NCBI GenBank assembly: GCA_050117845.1
Contig: JASFLY010000009.1
Location: forward strand, 1 to 64,000
DNA: 64,000 nucleotides
Direction of reading: 5' to 3'
Origin: Candidatus Zixiibacteriota bacterium
GTDB lineage: Bacteria > RBG-13-66-14 > B26-G2 > WVWN01
The notes under the pieces are model-generated. The model was not told where the DNA came from, made no database searches, and saw only the letters and a list, made by a program, of their open reading frames with translations. A program made the position numbers and the translations under genes. This document shows, in pieces, positions 8,849 through 18,484 of the stretch (the stretch's first letter is position 1; every line of letters starts with the position of its first letter).

Positions 8849-11014
8849 ATGGGCGCATCCGAGTGGTTCGGGCGGCTTCATAAAGAGGTCCAGCGATGGG
8901 TATATTTACAAGGATGGACTTCTTTAAGGGATATCCAAGAACGCGCTATCGGTCCGATTTTAAACGCCGAAAACGACGTTGTTATTAGCGCGTCGACAGC
9001 GGCGGGAAAAACCGAAGCCGCGTTTTTACCTGCATGTTCTCAAATCGCCGGGCGACCGTTTAAGGGGTTCGGGATACTTTACGTTAGCCCGCTAAAAACT
9101 CTTATCAATGATATCTTTAGGAGATTGGAGACTTTATCAGAGGCTATTGACGTTCCTCTAACCCCGTGGCACGGGGACGTTTTATGGTCTATTAAGGAAA
9201 AGCAGCGCAAAACTCCTCGGGGGATATTACTTATAACCCCTGAGTCACTCGAGGCGTTACTGTTAAAAAGGCCGAGTTGGTGCGCGGACGCGTTCGGCGA
9301 AATACGATATATTATTATCGATGAGTTCCACGCTTTTATTGGGACGGAAAGGGGGTACCAACTATTATCTCTGTTGCACCGTTTAGAATTTTTAACGGGC
9401 CGGATTATCCCGCGTATCGCATTGAGTGCTACTCTTAGCGAGTTACGGCAAGTAGCTTATTACTTAAGGCCGAGGGGCGGTATGTCGTGCGTTATTATCG
9501 AGTCGAGCGGTACGCATTCGGATTTGAAAATCCAACTACGAGGTTACTTGTATACCAACGAAACTGAAGGCCGCCTACCTTCGAAGGTTAATGCCATAAT
9601 TAAAGACTTATATCGCTTTACGAGGACAAAATCTAATTTAGTTTTCGCGAATAGCAGAGTTAATACTGAGGAGGTCGCTACGGCGCTTTCCGATTGTTGT
9701 AAACACGATGGGGTTCCTAACGAGTTTTTCCCTCACCACGGTAATTTATCAAAGGAGTTACGCGAAGATTTAGAAGCGAGGTTGCAAAAAGGTAAATTAC
9801 CGACTACGGCTGTTTGTACGACGACTTTAGAGTTAGGGATCGATATCGGGACCGTCGACACAATTGCCCAGGTTACCGCCCCGCCTTCAGTCGCCAGTTT
9901 AAGGCAGAGGTTAGGACGATCCGGCCGCCGCGGCGACCCGGCCGTGTTACGTATGTTTATCCTGGAAGACGAGATAACAACTACGAGTGACGTACGCGAT
10001 AGACTTAGGCTAGAAACGTTCCAAAGTATAGCGGTTGTTAATCTATTATTAAAAAAGTGGTATGAACCTCCTCCGTTAGAGTATTTCCATTTATCGACAC
10101 TCCTTCAACAAACACTAGCGGTGGTAGCACAATACGGCGGGGTTCGAGTTAATCAGCTTTGGAGATTATTATGTGATTCCGGGCCATTTTCGAAGGTTGA
10201 CGATCGACTATACGGCCAATTCCTACGGGCGCTGTGCGAACAGGAGTTATTAACCCAAACGGGCGACGGGCAATTAATAATAGGTTATATGGGGGAGAAG
10301 TTGATTAGTCACTATACTTTTTATGCAGTGTTTTTTACGCCGGAAGAATACCGACTCGAATATGAGGGCCGGATACTCGGGACGATTCCCATTGACAAAC
10401 CTTTAGTACCCGGGCAATCGTTAATTTTCGCTGGACAGAGGTGGGAAATACTCAGTATCGATACCGGTAAAAAGACGATTCGGTTAGAGCGTGGGACTAG
10501 TGGAAAAGCACCGTATTTCGGAGGTAGTTCGCTCCTAGTGCACGGCGTTATTAGGGCGGAAATGTATAGGGTTTATAACGAGAAGGACAGCCCGGTTTAT
10601 TTAGACCCCCTAGCGAAATCGTTATTCGAAGAAGGCATACAGTTCTTCCATGGGTATGAATTAAATAAAACGAACGCCCTTTCTTTCGGACAGAACCTTT
10701 ACCTCTTCCCCTGGGTCGGGGACCGTATAGCCTTTACTCTAACGATGCTATTGCGTCGAGAGGGGTTAACAGCCGATTACGCGGCCGGAGTTATCGATAT
10801 TAAGAATACGACCCTAGATACATACCGTCAACTCGTACGCCGGATCCTCGACCGACCTAAGCCGACCCAAACCGAATTAGCGAATAGCGTTCCGGAAACC
10901 GTTAGCGATAAGTATGATCGATATTTACCAAAAAACATCCGGGACGTAGGATATGGGGCTAAATATTTCGATATTGAAGGGGCGATCGATTTCTTCTCAA
11001 AAACGGTTTTCTAG
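8849..11014 (+). CDS. sngC: DEAD/DEAH-box Lhr-like helicase (Shango SngC-like)
   Basis: TAAGKT, DEFH, SAT, TLELGIDIG, QRLGRSGRR motifs. Confidence 0.85.
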   Translation: MGASEWFGRLHKEVQRWVYLQGWTSLRDIQERAIGPILNAENDVVISASTAAGKTEAAFLPACSQIAGRPFKGFGILYVSPLKTLINDIFRRLETLSEAIDVPLTPWHGDVLWSIKEKQRKTPRGILLITPESLEALLLKRPSWCADAFGEIRYIIIDEFHAFIGTERGYQLLSLLHRLEFLTGRIIPRIALSATLSELRQVAYYLRPRGGMSCVIIESSGTHSDLKIQLRGYLYTNETEGRLPSKVNAIIKDLYRFTRTKSNLVFANSRVNTEEVATALSDCCKHDGVPNEFFPHHGNLSKELREDLEARLQKGKLPTTAVCTTTLELGIDIGTVDTIAQVTAPPSVASLRQRLGRSGRRGDPAVLRMFILEDEITTTSDVRDRLRLETFQSIAVVNLLLKKWYEPPPLEYFHLSTLLQQTLAVVAQYGGVRVNQLWRLLCDSGPFSKVDDRLYGQFLRALCEQELLTQTGDGQLIIGYMGEKLISHYTFYAVFFTPEEYRLEYEGRILGTIPIDKPLVPGQSLIFAGQRWEILSIDTGKKTIRLERGTSGKAPYFGGSSLLVHGVIRAEMYRVYNEKDSPVYLDPLAKSLFEEGIQFFHGYELNKTNALSFGQNLYLFPWVGDRIAFTLTMLLRREGLTADYAAGVIDIKNTTLDTYRQLVRRILDRPKPTQTELANSVPETVSDKYDRYLPKNIRDVGYGAKYFDIEGAIDFFSKTVF

Positions 11015-11085
11015 TCGAAAACGTCGATACTTAATCCTTACGGTTATTCCGTAACTGTTTATTAGCTTTAAAGTTAAACACTAGT

Positions 11086-12123
11086 ATGGGTTATCGCATC
11101 GCAAAACGTGGGAAGTATTACTGGCTTTTCGGCCGGATTAAAGGCGTCCGGCTCGACTCGTCTTTGCGGACGACGTCGAAGAAAGAAGCCGAAGAGATCG
11201 CGAAGGCCCGGGTCCGGAAAACCCTCGAGCGGGTCCACGGGATCCGTGGCGTATGGGACATCCGACTTGCCGCGCTCCTCGAGAAGTACCTCGCCTACTG
11301 CGAACAGAACAATCGGCCCAGTACTTATAATCGGAAGCGTCCCTTCATCGATCATATCCTCGCCTACTTCGGCGACGTCCCCCTCTCCTCCATTACGACC
11401 GAGCAAATCGAGGCGTTCAAGATCCATCGCCGGCGGACGGTCGGGCCGGCCACGGTGAACCGCGAGATGGCGGCCCTCAAACATGCCCTGAACCTAGCGG
11501 TCGAGTGGGACTACCTTGAGGTGTCGCCAGCGGCCCGCGTTAAGAAATTCAAAGAACCGCCCGGGCGAGTCCGTTACCTCAACCGCGGCGAGGCCGACGC
11601 GCTCGTCGCCGCGTGTTCGCCGGAACTCCGGCCGGTCGTCGTGACGTCGCTGAACACGGGGATGCGGATTGGCGAGATCCTGGCGCTCGAGTGGGCCGAC
11701 GTCGACCTGAAGCGGCGCCAACTACGTATCGTCGATTCCAAAAACAACGACTCCAGGGTTGTCCCGATAAACGAAATATTGTATAATGCGCTCCGTTCGA
11801 TTCGGGGACGGGACGGGAAGGTGTTTCTCAGCAGCCGGGGCAAGCCGTACCAGTCGATCAGGACGGCGTTCGCCCGGGCGTTGAAGGAAGCCGGGATAGA
11901 TGATTTCACGTTCCACGACTTAAGGCACACGTTCGCGTCGTGGCTCGCGATGGAAGGCGTACCGACGTCTACGATCGGGAAAATCCTCGGGCACAAAACG
12001 CCGCAGATGACGATGCGGTACGCGCATCTAGCGCCGGACTACCTGGTGGATGTCGTCGAACTTCTGACACAAAATAAACACAAAAACAAGAGCGCTGCGA
12101 TCGAAAGCGACGCAACTACCTGA
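11086..12123 (+). CDS. int: Tyrosine recombinase / phage integrase
   Basis: TGMR, SKN, HDLRH, LGH, RYAH catalytic residues; N-terminal arm-binding-like domain; next to a tRNA. Confidence 0.95.
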   Translation: MGYRIAKRGKYYWLFGRIKGVRLDSSLRTTSKKEAEEIAKARVRKTLERVHGIRGVWDIRLAALLEKYLAYCEQNNRPSTYNRKRPFIDHILAYFGDVPLSSITTEQIEAFKIHRRRTVGPATVNREMAALKHALNLAVEWDYLEVSPAARVKKFKEPPGRVRYLNRGEADALVAACSPELRPVVVTSLNTGMRIGEILALEWADVDLKRRQLRIVDSKNNDSRVVPINEILYNALRSIRGRDGKVFLSSRGKPYQSIRTAFARALKEAGIDDFTFHDLRHTFASWLAMEGVPTSTIGKILGHKTPQMTMRYAHLAPDYLVDVVELLTQNKHKNKSAAIESDATT

Positions 12124-12135
12124 TAATAAACGACC

Positions 12136-12208
<73 letters not shown>

Positions 12209-12217
12209 AATCACGAA

Positions 12218-12250
12218 GAGGCGTCCCACCCGCGGGGCGTTTTCTTTCTT
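12218..12250 (+). terminator. Intrinsic terminator after tRNA-Lys
   Basis: GAGGCGTCCC...GGGGCGTTTT hairpin followed by a T-rich run. Confidence 0.55.
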
Positions 12251-12382
12251 GGTCCGAATATGCCGGCCGACTAAAGCCACTATGCGGCCGTAATGAATAT
12301 ATCCCCCCGATCCACAGGTAATTATGGTATACTAACTTACCTATAAATTTCCCCGTAAACCAGATAAAGCACCCGCGATAAT

Positions 12383-14275
12383 ATGGCAAGAGTATCGAAT
12401 TCCCTTAAAGCGATCGGGGCGTTCGTATCGGCGGTAGTGGCGGCCGGCCTGGCGTTCGGCCTGTTGGAGGCCGTCTCCGCCCGAATCGCCACGCTGGCGA
12501 CTTGCGTACCGCCGGACGATTTCGTCGCCTCCGCCATCACCCGGGCGAAGTTCTATACCGCTTTCGCGGTGGCACTTGGCGCCGTCATTATCGGGCTGAG
12601 CGCCGCCGTCAAGGCGCTCGTAGGCCGGAGGAAACCTTTCTCTCCCGGCCGCCTCGGGATAGCGACGATTTTCGGCAGTACCCTTGCCCTTAACGTCTTC
12701 TGGTTCGTTATTGCTTATTGGAATATTAATATCATAAGGGTAAGCGGCCACGAATACCGGCTAATACATCCCGACGGGTTCTTCATCTTCGCCTTCCCGA
12801 TTATGGTCATCGCCGTGGCGGCCTTCACGGTTCTTTTGTATTTCGTCTTCGGGCGGATAAAAAACCCGAAACGGTCGTTATTCTACGGGGCCGGCGTAGC
12901 GGTAATAGGTTGGGCGACGTTGGGCGTTTGGTATTTAATCAGCCGCCCCGAACGGGCGGAGGCGAATCCGGGAAACCCGGACGTAATATTTATTACGTTG
13001 GACGCGTGGCGAGCGGACAGCTGGCAAGGAAAACGTCAGGGACGGAAGTTAATGCCGAACCTGACCGCGTTCTCGAAAGACGCCTGCATCTTCAAGAACG
13101 CCCGCGTCCAGGCATCGTGGACGCTGCCGTCGGTTGCCAGTTTTTTAACGTCGCAATACCCCGCGGTCCACGGGGCCAAGCCCAATCGCCGCGTCGGCAC
13201 GAAACAAGCGATCCTGGCCGAAGTACTGGCGGCCCACGGCTACGAAACGTTCGCGACGACCGGGAACGATTTGTGTTTGCCGAACTCCGGCCTCATGCGG
13301 GGTTTCGACGACTACTACTATTGGGATTCGAAGCCGGCGCTCAAAGCCTTGGGGTACTACGAGACCTACGCTTTCTACCTTGCATTACGAGCTCACCGCA
13401 AAGAAACTACGGACAAACATATCACCACGATTCTAACCGACGAGATCATGCGCCAATTGGAACGCCCCCGTAAGAAGCCGTTCTTCCTTTGGGCCCACTA
13501 CCTCGACCCGCATTCCCCTTACGAACCGCAACAGCGGTATACGACGATACCGATTCCGAGTAACGAAGAGTTGTGGGATTACCCCAGGAAAAAAAGATTC
13601 CGGATAAATCGCCAACTTTATTTCGGGGAACTTCGTTACGTCGACGAGGAGTTAGGACGCGTTTTCGAGTTACTCGAGAAACGCCCGAATACGCTGGTGA
13701 TAATATCGAGCGACCACGGCGAAGAATTCGGGGAGCGATTCGAGAAAGGCCCCAGGGACAATTACGATATCCGGGGCCACGGCCACGGCCATACCGTATT
13801 CGACGAAGTACTGCGAGTCCCGTTGATAATGAAATTCCCGGATCGGCGGACCTGCAAAGTCGATGCCGGAGTCGGCCTCATAGACGTAGCGCCGACTATA
13901 TTGGATTACGTCGGGATCGTAAAACCGCTTTCGATGCAGGGCCGGAGCCTGCTTCCGGTCATTGAAGGCCGGGCGGAAGAGGAACCGGTCTTCGCCGGGC
14001 CGACCCAGTTATACGACGGCAAAAAGGAGGCCGTTTACTTCCGCGGCCGGAAGCTGATATACGATTGGGCGAAGGAAGAGTATTTTTATTTCGACCTGGA
14101 AAACGATCCCGGTGAGAAAAACCCGCTCGACCCGAATTCCCCGGAAGCGAACGGAATGAAGGATCGCCTTAACAACTGGCGGGAACAAAACCGGCGCTTC
14201 GCGGAAGCGTTCGAAACGGGAGACGAGGGCGCCGACCTGGAAGGTGCGATGCGTGCGCTCGGGTACGTCGAATAA
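12383..14275 (+). CDS. Membrane-anchored sulfatase-like hydrolase/transferase (alkaline phosphatase superfamily)
   Basis: N-terminal TM helices; ITLDAWRAD, SWTLPS, HYLDPH, SDHGEEF, DLENDPGE motifs. Confidence 0.85.
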   Translation: MARVSNSLKAIGAFVSAVVAAGLAFGLLEAVSARIATLATCVPPDDFVASAITRAKFYTAFAVALGAVIIGLSAAVKALVGRRKPFSPGRLGIATIFGSTLALNVFWFVIAYWNINIIRVSGHEYRLIHPDGFFIFAFPIMVIAVAAFTVLLYFVFGRIKNPKRSLFYGAGVAVIGWATLGVWYLISRPERAEANPGNPDVIFITLDAWRADSWQGKRQGRKLMPNLTAFSKDACIFKNARVQASWTLPSVASFLTSQYPAVHGAKPNRRVGTKQAILAEVLAAHGYETFATTGNDLCLPNSGLMRGFDDYYYWDSKPALKALGYYETYAFYLALRAHRKETTDKHITTILTDEIMRQLERPRKKPFFLWAHYLDPHSPYEPQQRYTTIPIPSNEELWDYPRKKRFRINRQLYFGELRYVDEELGRVFELLEKRPNTLVIISSDHGEEFGERFEKGPRDNYDIRGHGHGHTVFDEVLRVPLIMKFPDRRTCKVDAGVGLIDVAPTILDYVGIVKPLSMQGRSLLPVIEGRAEEEPVFAGPTQLYDGKKEAVYFRGRKLIYDWAKEEYFYFDLENDPGEKNPLDPNSPEANGMKDRLNNWREQNRRFAEAFETGDEGADLEGAMRALGYVE

Positions 14276-14314
14276 CCGCCAGGAGTAGACGCCGCACCGG
14301 TAACGCACATAAAC

Positions 14315-14350
14315 AAAAAAACCCCCGCCAAGGAGCGGGGGTTCGTTTTT
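14315..14350. terminator. Bidirectional terminator between the sulfatase gene and csp
   Basis: A-run, CCCCGC...GCGGGG hairpin, T-run. Confidence 0.6.
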
Positions 14351-14358
14351 TAGGCCGG

Positions 14359-14565
14359 TTACGATACTACGATAACGTTTTCAGCCTGCGGTCCTTTTTG
14401 ACCCTGTACGACTTCGAACTCGACTTCCTGACCTTCGGAAAGGGTCCGGAAACCCTCGCCGACGATGGCCGAGAAATGTACGAAGACGTCATCGCCTTCT
14501 TCGCGCTCTATGAAGCCGTAACCTTTGGCGTCGTTGAACCACTTGATTTTACCTTTTTCCGGCAT
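14359..14565 (-). CDS. cspA: Cold-shock protein (copy 1)
   Basis: [12 protein letters not shown] (RNP1) and DVFVHFSAI (RNP2). Confidence 0.95.
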   Translation of the reverse strand: MPEKGKIKWFNDAKGYGFIEREEGDDVFVHFSAIVGEGFRTLSEGQEVEFEVVQGQKGPQAENVIVVS

Positions 14566-14775
14566 ATATCAAACGACCTCCGGTACTACCCCGCCGCCCG
14601 GGCGGCTTGTGGGTTTACCCATACAGGCTTACCCACGCTTGCCCATACTCCCGTTTTTCCGTTAAAGAGCCGCCCGCGCTGGAGAACGCGGAAGTAGCCG
14701 GGTCGTACGGTTCGTGGTATACCGAAGTACTTGTCTTACACCTCCTTGGATTTCTAAATGCGAGCACTCTTCTTG
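14566..14775 (-). ncRNA. Putative structured 5' leader of csp copy 1
   Basis: Promoter TTGACT-16-TATAAT (14808-14781); stems homologous to and covarying with the csp copy 2 leader. Confidence 0.6.
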
Positions 14776-14834
14776 CTACCATTATAATAAAAAACGCACG
14801 GAAGTCAATAAAAAAAGCACTCATTCGCCTACGT

Positions 14835-14866
14835 AAAAAAAAGCCCCGCCCTGAAGGGCGGGGCCT
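14835..14866 (-). terminator. Intrinsic terminator of csp copy 2
   Basis: GCCCCGCCC/GGGCGGGGC hairpin followed by a T-run on the minus strand. Confidence 0.75.
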
Positions 14867-14887
14867 CGTCTTTATGGCCTGTGTTAC

Positions 14888-15094
14888 CTAATCAACGAGC
14901 GTAACGTTTTCGGCCTGTGGTCCCTTCGTGCCTTGTACGACCTCGAACTCTACCTCTTGACCCTCTTGGAGAGTACGGAAACCCTCCGCATTGATGGCAG
15001 TGTAGTGTACGAAGACGTCGTCGCCTTCCTCGCGTTCGATGAAGCCGTAGCCCTTGGCCTCGCTGAACCACTTGACGCGTCCTTTTTCAGCCAT
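14888..15094 (-). CDS. cspA: Cold-shock protein (copy 2); start reassigned to [10 protein letters not shown]
   Basis: RNP1/RNP2 motifs; same length as copy 1. Confidence 0.95.
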   Translation of the reverse strand: MAEKGRVKWFSEAKGYGFIEREEGDDVFVHYTAINAEGFRTLQEGQEVEFEVVQGTKGPQAENVTLVD

Positions 15095-15312
15095 GCACGT
15101 CGCACCTACCTGATACTCCCCCGCCCCCGGACGTGCAACGGGCGTTTCGACCTCCGCCCGCCTGCGCAAGCCAGCGCTCCCGCCTTTGCCCTCGTAATAA
15201 ACGTCCCCGGACCGTATCGGCCAGGGGAAAGAGCCGGGCCGGGCGCTCAAGGGAATATACAGGTGCTTGGCTCCAACCTCCTTGCTACGTTTAACTGAGA
15301 GCCGGTTGTTAA
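15095..15312 (-). ncRNA. Putative structured 5' leader of csp copy 2
   Basis: Promoter TTGACA-17-TAGGAT (15347-15319); 14-bp long-range stem over the RBS region; homologous to the copy 1 leader. Confidence 0.6.
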
Positions 15313-15456
15313 CGAATAATCCTAATAGATGGCCGCGCCGATGTCAAGTAATTTTAGACCTAAAAATCCGCTTCCTCCGAGCCCCGCCGCCGGGGGAAAT
15401 TCCCGGCCTCACATCCCCCTTGTTAAAAAACCTCCGCCGGTTTATAATACGCCTTA

Positions 15457-16074
15457 ATGATTACGGCCGGAAAATTAAAACCCCTCCCCGAAGACGCGCC
15501 CCTAATACTCGCGTCCACGTCGCCGCGACGTTTTTATCTCCTGAGAGAGGCCGGGATTCCGTTCGACGTCGTCGCCCCGGGAAACGTGGCCGAGGACTCC
15601 CTGCCGGGGGAACACGCGGAAGACATGGTCGTTCGGCACGCCCGGGCGAAGGCCGGCGCCGTCGCCCCCGATTACCCGGGACGACTCGTCCTCGGCGCCG
15701 ATACGGTCGTCGTCCTCGACGGTGAGGTATACGGCAAACCGAAAGATGACGCCGACGCCCGCCGTATGCTCGGCATCCTCCAGGGACGGACCCACACGGT
15801 CTTCACGGGGCTGGCGCTACTGGACGCCGCCGGCGGCCGGGAAATTAGCGACGTAGAAGCGACCGAGGTAAGCATAGCGCCGTTATCGCCGGATAAAATC
15901 GCTTACTACGTCGAGACCGGCGAACCCGCGGACAAGGCCGGCGCGTACGCCATCCAGGGGCGCGGGTCGCTGTTGGTCGAAAGGGTCGACGGCGATTACT
16001 TCAACGTCGTCGGCCTCCCGCTCTTCCGTTTGACGAAGCTATTCGAATCCCTCGGATACGACGTTTTGCGGTGA
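15457..16074 (+). CDS. maf: Maf-family nucleoside triphosphate pyrophosphatase
   Basis: LILASTSPRR, LGADTVV, KAGAYAIQG, NVVGLP. Confidence 0.95.
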   Translation: MITAGKLKPLPEDAPLILASTSPRRFYLLREAGIPFDVVAPGNVAEDSLPGEHAEDMVVRHARAKAGAVAPDYPGRLVLGADTVVVLDGEVYGKPKDDADARRMLGILQGRTHTVFTGLALLDAAGGREISDVEATEVSIAPLSPDKIAYYVETGEPADKAGAYAIQGRGSLLVERVDGDYFNVVGLPLFRLTKLFESLGYDVLR

Positions 16075-18440
16075 CCGATAAACTCGCACAAGTAATCGCA
16101 AAGATGCGGCGGCCGACCGAGCTGGCGGTCGCTTTCGACTATTACGGCCTGGAAAAACTGGTGGGCCTCGAGGGCCGCATGCGCGAGTGGGCCGCGGAGG
16201 GGATCCGCGCCGCCGGCCGGGATAACAGGAAACGGGGACTCTTCGAACAAATCGGCGCGTTGTTCGCGGACGAGCGCCCCGACCTGTTGGCCGAACGCCT
16301 CGCCCAGGCATCCCGGCTCCTCGACGAACTCGAAAGGAAAACGGCCCCGTCTACACCGACTCGGCCGACCCCTAAGAAAACGCTCGAGGCCGATACTAAC
16401 GTCCAATTCCTGAAGGGAGTGGGGCCGGCGCGAGCGCGGGCGCTGGCCAACCTGGGCATCGTCACCGCTCGCGACCTGTTGTACCTTTTCCCGCGCGATT
16501 ACGTCGACCGCTCACGCGCGACGCCGTTGGGCGACCTCAATATCGGCGACGACGTTACGGTCGAAGGTACGGTGGGAGAAATAGTGCTGGAGCGCAAGCG
16601 CCGGGGCCGGACGTTGGTCACGGCGCTTTTATCCGACGACACCGGCGACATCCTGCTCAAGTGGTTCAACGCGCCGTACGTCGCGGACAAAATCGAAGCC
16701 GGCGACCGCGTCGTGGCCAGCGGCAAACTGAAATTCTACCAGGCGCCGGAATTGGTCAACCCGGAGTTCGACGTCATAGGCCGCGGCTCCGACGCCGGGT
16801 CCTTCGGCGGCATTATACCCGTTTACCCCCTTTCGGCGGGCCTAACCCAACGCGCCGTCCGACAGGCCACCCGCCAGGCCCTGGACGCCTTGGCCGACGC
16901 CGTCGACGACCCGATCCCGGCGGCCGTGCTGGACCGCACGTCGTTCCCGCCGCTGGGCGAAGCGTTGCGGCAACTGCACTACCCCGACGACATGGAAACT
17001 CAACGCCACGGCCGGCGGCGCTTGAGTTTCGAATATCTTTATTTGATGGAACTCGGCCTACTTCTCAAGAAGAGGCAGGAGTTAACTCAGGCCGGCGTTC
17101 GCGTGAACGGCGATGGCTCTCTGCGCGATAGATTGCAACTGCCGTTCGAACTCACCGGCGCCCAGCACAAGGCGTTGGCCGAAATCGACCGGGACCTCGC
17201 GGCCGGGTGGCCCATGCGCCGGCTGCTCCAGGGCGACGTGGGCTCGGGCAAAACGGTCGTCGCGCTGGAAGCGATGCTGGCGACGGCGGAAGCCGGTTTC
17301 CAGGCGGCGCTGATGGCGCCCACCGAGATCCTCGCGCGGCAGCACGGCCGGACGGCCTCGGCCCTCCTCGAGCCGGCCGGCATACCCATCGGCCTCCTAA
17401 CCGCCACCACGCAGGCGGCAGAAAAGGAGCGGGTCATGGCCGCGCTCGCCGACGGGACGCTGTCGCTCGTCGTCGGCACGCACTCGCTTCTGGAAGACAA
17501 CGTCCGTTTCGCGCGGCTGGGCCTGGCCGTTGTGGACGAACAGCATCGCTTCGGCGTCGACCAGCGCCAGCGCCTCGTCGCGAAAGGCACGAACCCGAAC
17601 ATCCTCGTCATGACGGCGACGCCGATCCCCCGCACCCTCGCCCTGTACGTTTACGGCGACCTGGAATTGACGATAATCGACGAGTTGCCCTCGGGCCGCG
17701 CCGGCACGACTACGCTTTGCCTGAAGGAAAATAAAAACCGAGAGGCCTTCGAGCTGTTGCGGCGCGAAGTGGCGGCCGGAAGGCAGGGGTTCGTCGTCTA
17801 CCCCGTAATCGAGGAGTCCGAAACGACCTCGCTCCAGGCGGCGACGGCCATGGCGGAGAAACTCGCGTCGGAAGTATTCCCGGATTGTCGGGTCGGCCTC
17901 GTCCACGGCCGCCTCCCGGCCGACGACCGGGAGGCCGTCATGGCGGCCTTCCGCCGGGGCGACGTCAACATCCTGGTCGCGACGACGGTCGTGGAGGTGG
18001 GTATCGACGTGCCCAACGCCACGGTGATGATCGTGGAACACGCCGACCGTTACGGCCTATCACAGCTTCATCAACTACGCGGCCGCGTGGGCCGCGGGGA
18101 ACACCCCGCACATTTCATCGCCGTCGCTTCGAACAAGATAACGCCGGAGGCCCGCTTCCGCCTCGACACCCTCGTCCGGACGTCGGACGGGTTCGAGATA
18201 GCCGAAGCGGACCTCGGCCTGCGCGGGCCGGGGGAGCTTCTGGGAACGCGCCAGCACGGCCTCCCGGATTTCGCCCTGCGCGCCATCGTCGAGGACAGGG
18301 ACTTGCTGGAACTCGCCCGGGAGCAGGCGGAGGCCACGCTCGACTCGGACGAGAAACTCACGCTGCCGGAACACCGCGCCCTCCGCGAACGCATCCGCCG
18401 CGACTTCGCCCGGCGCCTACGCCTCGCGGGGACGATATAA
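16071..18440 (+). CDS. recG: ATP-dependent DNA helicase RecG
   Basis: LQGDVGSGKT, DEQHRFGVDQR, MTATPIPRT, QLHQLRGRVGRG. Confidence 0.97.
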   Translation: MTDKLAQVIAKMRRPTELAVAFDYYGLEKLVGLEGRMREWAAEGIRAAGRDNRKRGLFEQIGALFADERPDLLAERLAQASRLLDELERKTAPSTPTRPTPKKTLEADTNVQFLKGVGPARARALANLGIVTARDLLYLFPRDYVDRSRATPLGDLNIGDDVTVEGTVGEIVLERKRRGRTLVTALLSDDTGDILLKWFNAPYVADKIEAGDRVVASGKLKFYQAPELVNPEFDVIGRGSDAGSFGGIIPVYPLSAGLTQRAVRQATRQALDALADAVDDPIPAAVLDRTSFPPLGEALRQLHYPDDMETQRHGRRRLSFEYLYLMELGLLLKKRQELTQAGVRVNGDGSLRDRLQLPFELTGAQHKALAEIDRDLAAGWPMRRLLQGDVGSGKTVVALEAMLATAEAGFQAALMAPTEILARQHGRTASALLEPAGIPIGLLTATTQAAEKERVMAALADGTLSLVVGTHSLLEDNVRFARLGLAVVDEQHRFGVDQRQRLVAKGTNPNILVMTATPIPRTLALYVYGDLELTIIDELPSGRAGTTTLCLKENKNREAFELLRREVAAGRQGFVVYPVIEESETTSLQAATAMAEKLASEVFPDCRVGLVHGRLPADDREAVMAAFRRGDVNILVATTVVEVGIDVPNATVMIVEHADRYGLSQLHQLRGRVGRGEHPAHFIAVASNKITPEARFRLDTLVRTSDGFEIAEADLGLRGPGELLGTRQHGLPDFALRAIVEDRDLLELAREQAEATLDSDEKLTLPEHRALRERIRRDFARRLRLAGTI

Positions 18441-18484
18441 AAAACCGCCTCCGTCGGGAAGGCGGCGAGTGAATTTCGTTATTG

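Larger units (their letters stand above)
1..12135. mobile_element. Integrative element / phage-satellite-like genomic island (left end outside window)
   Basis: Visibly AT-richer than the backbone. Contains primase-helicase, excisionase-type HTH, defence operon and a tyrosine integrase ending 12 bp before a tRNA gene. Confidence 0.85.

Noticed and set aside
5285..11014. TerB-ATPase-helicase operon as a novel system
   Set aside because: Matches the already described Shango architecture.
14888..15250. 120-aa N-terminally extended Csp
   Set aside because: The extension is open in copy 2 only; the equivalent frame in copy 1 stops before the gene. The region is better explained as a structured leader.
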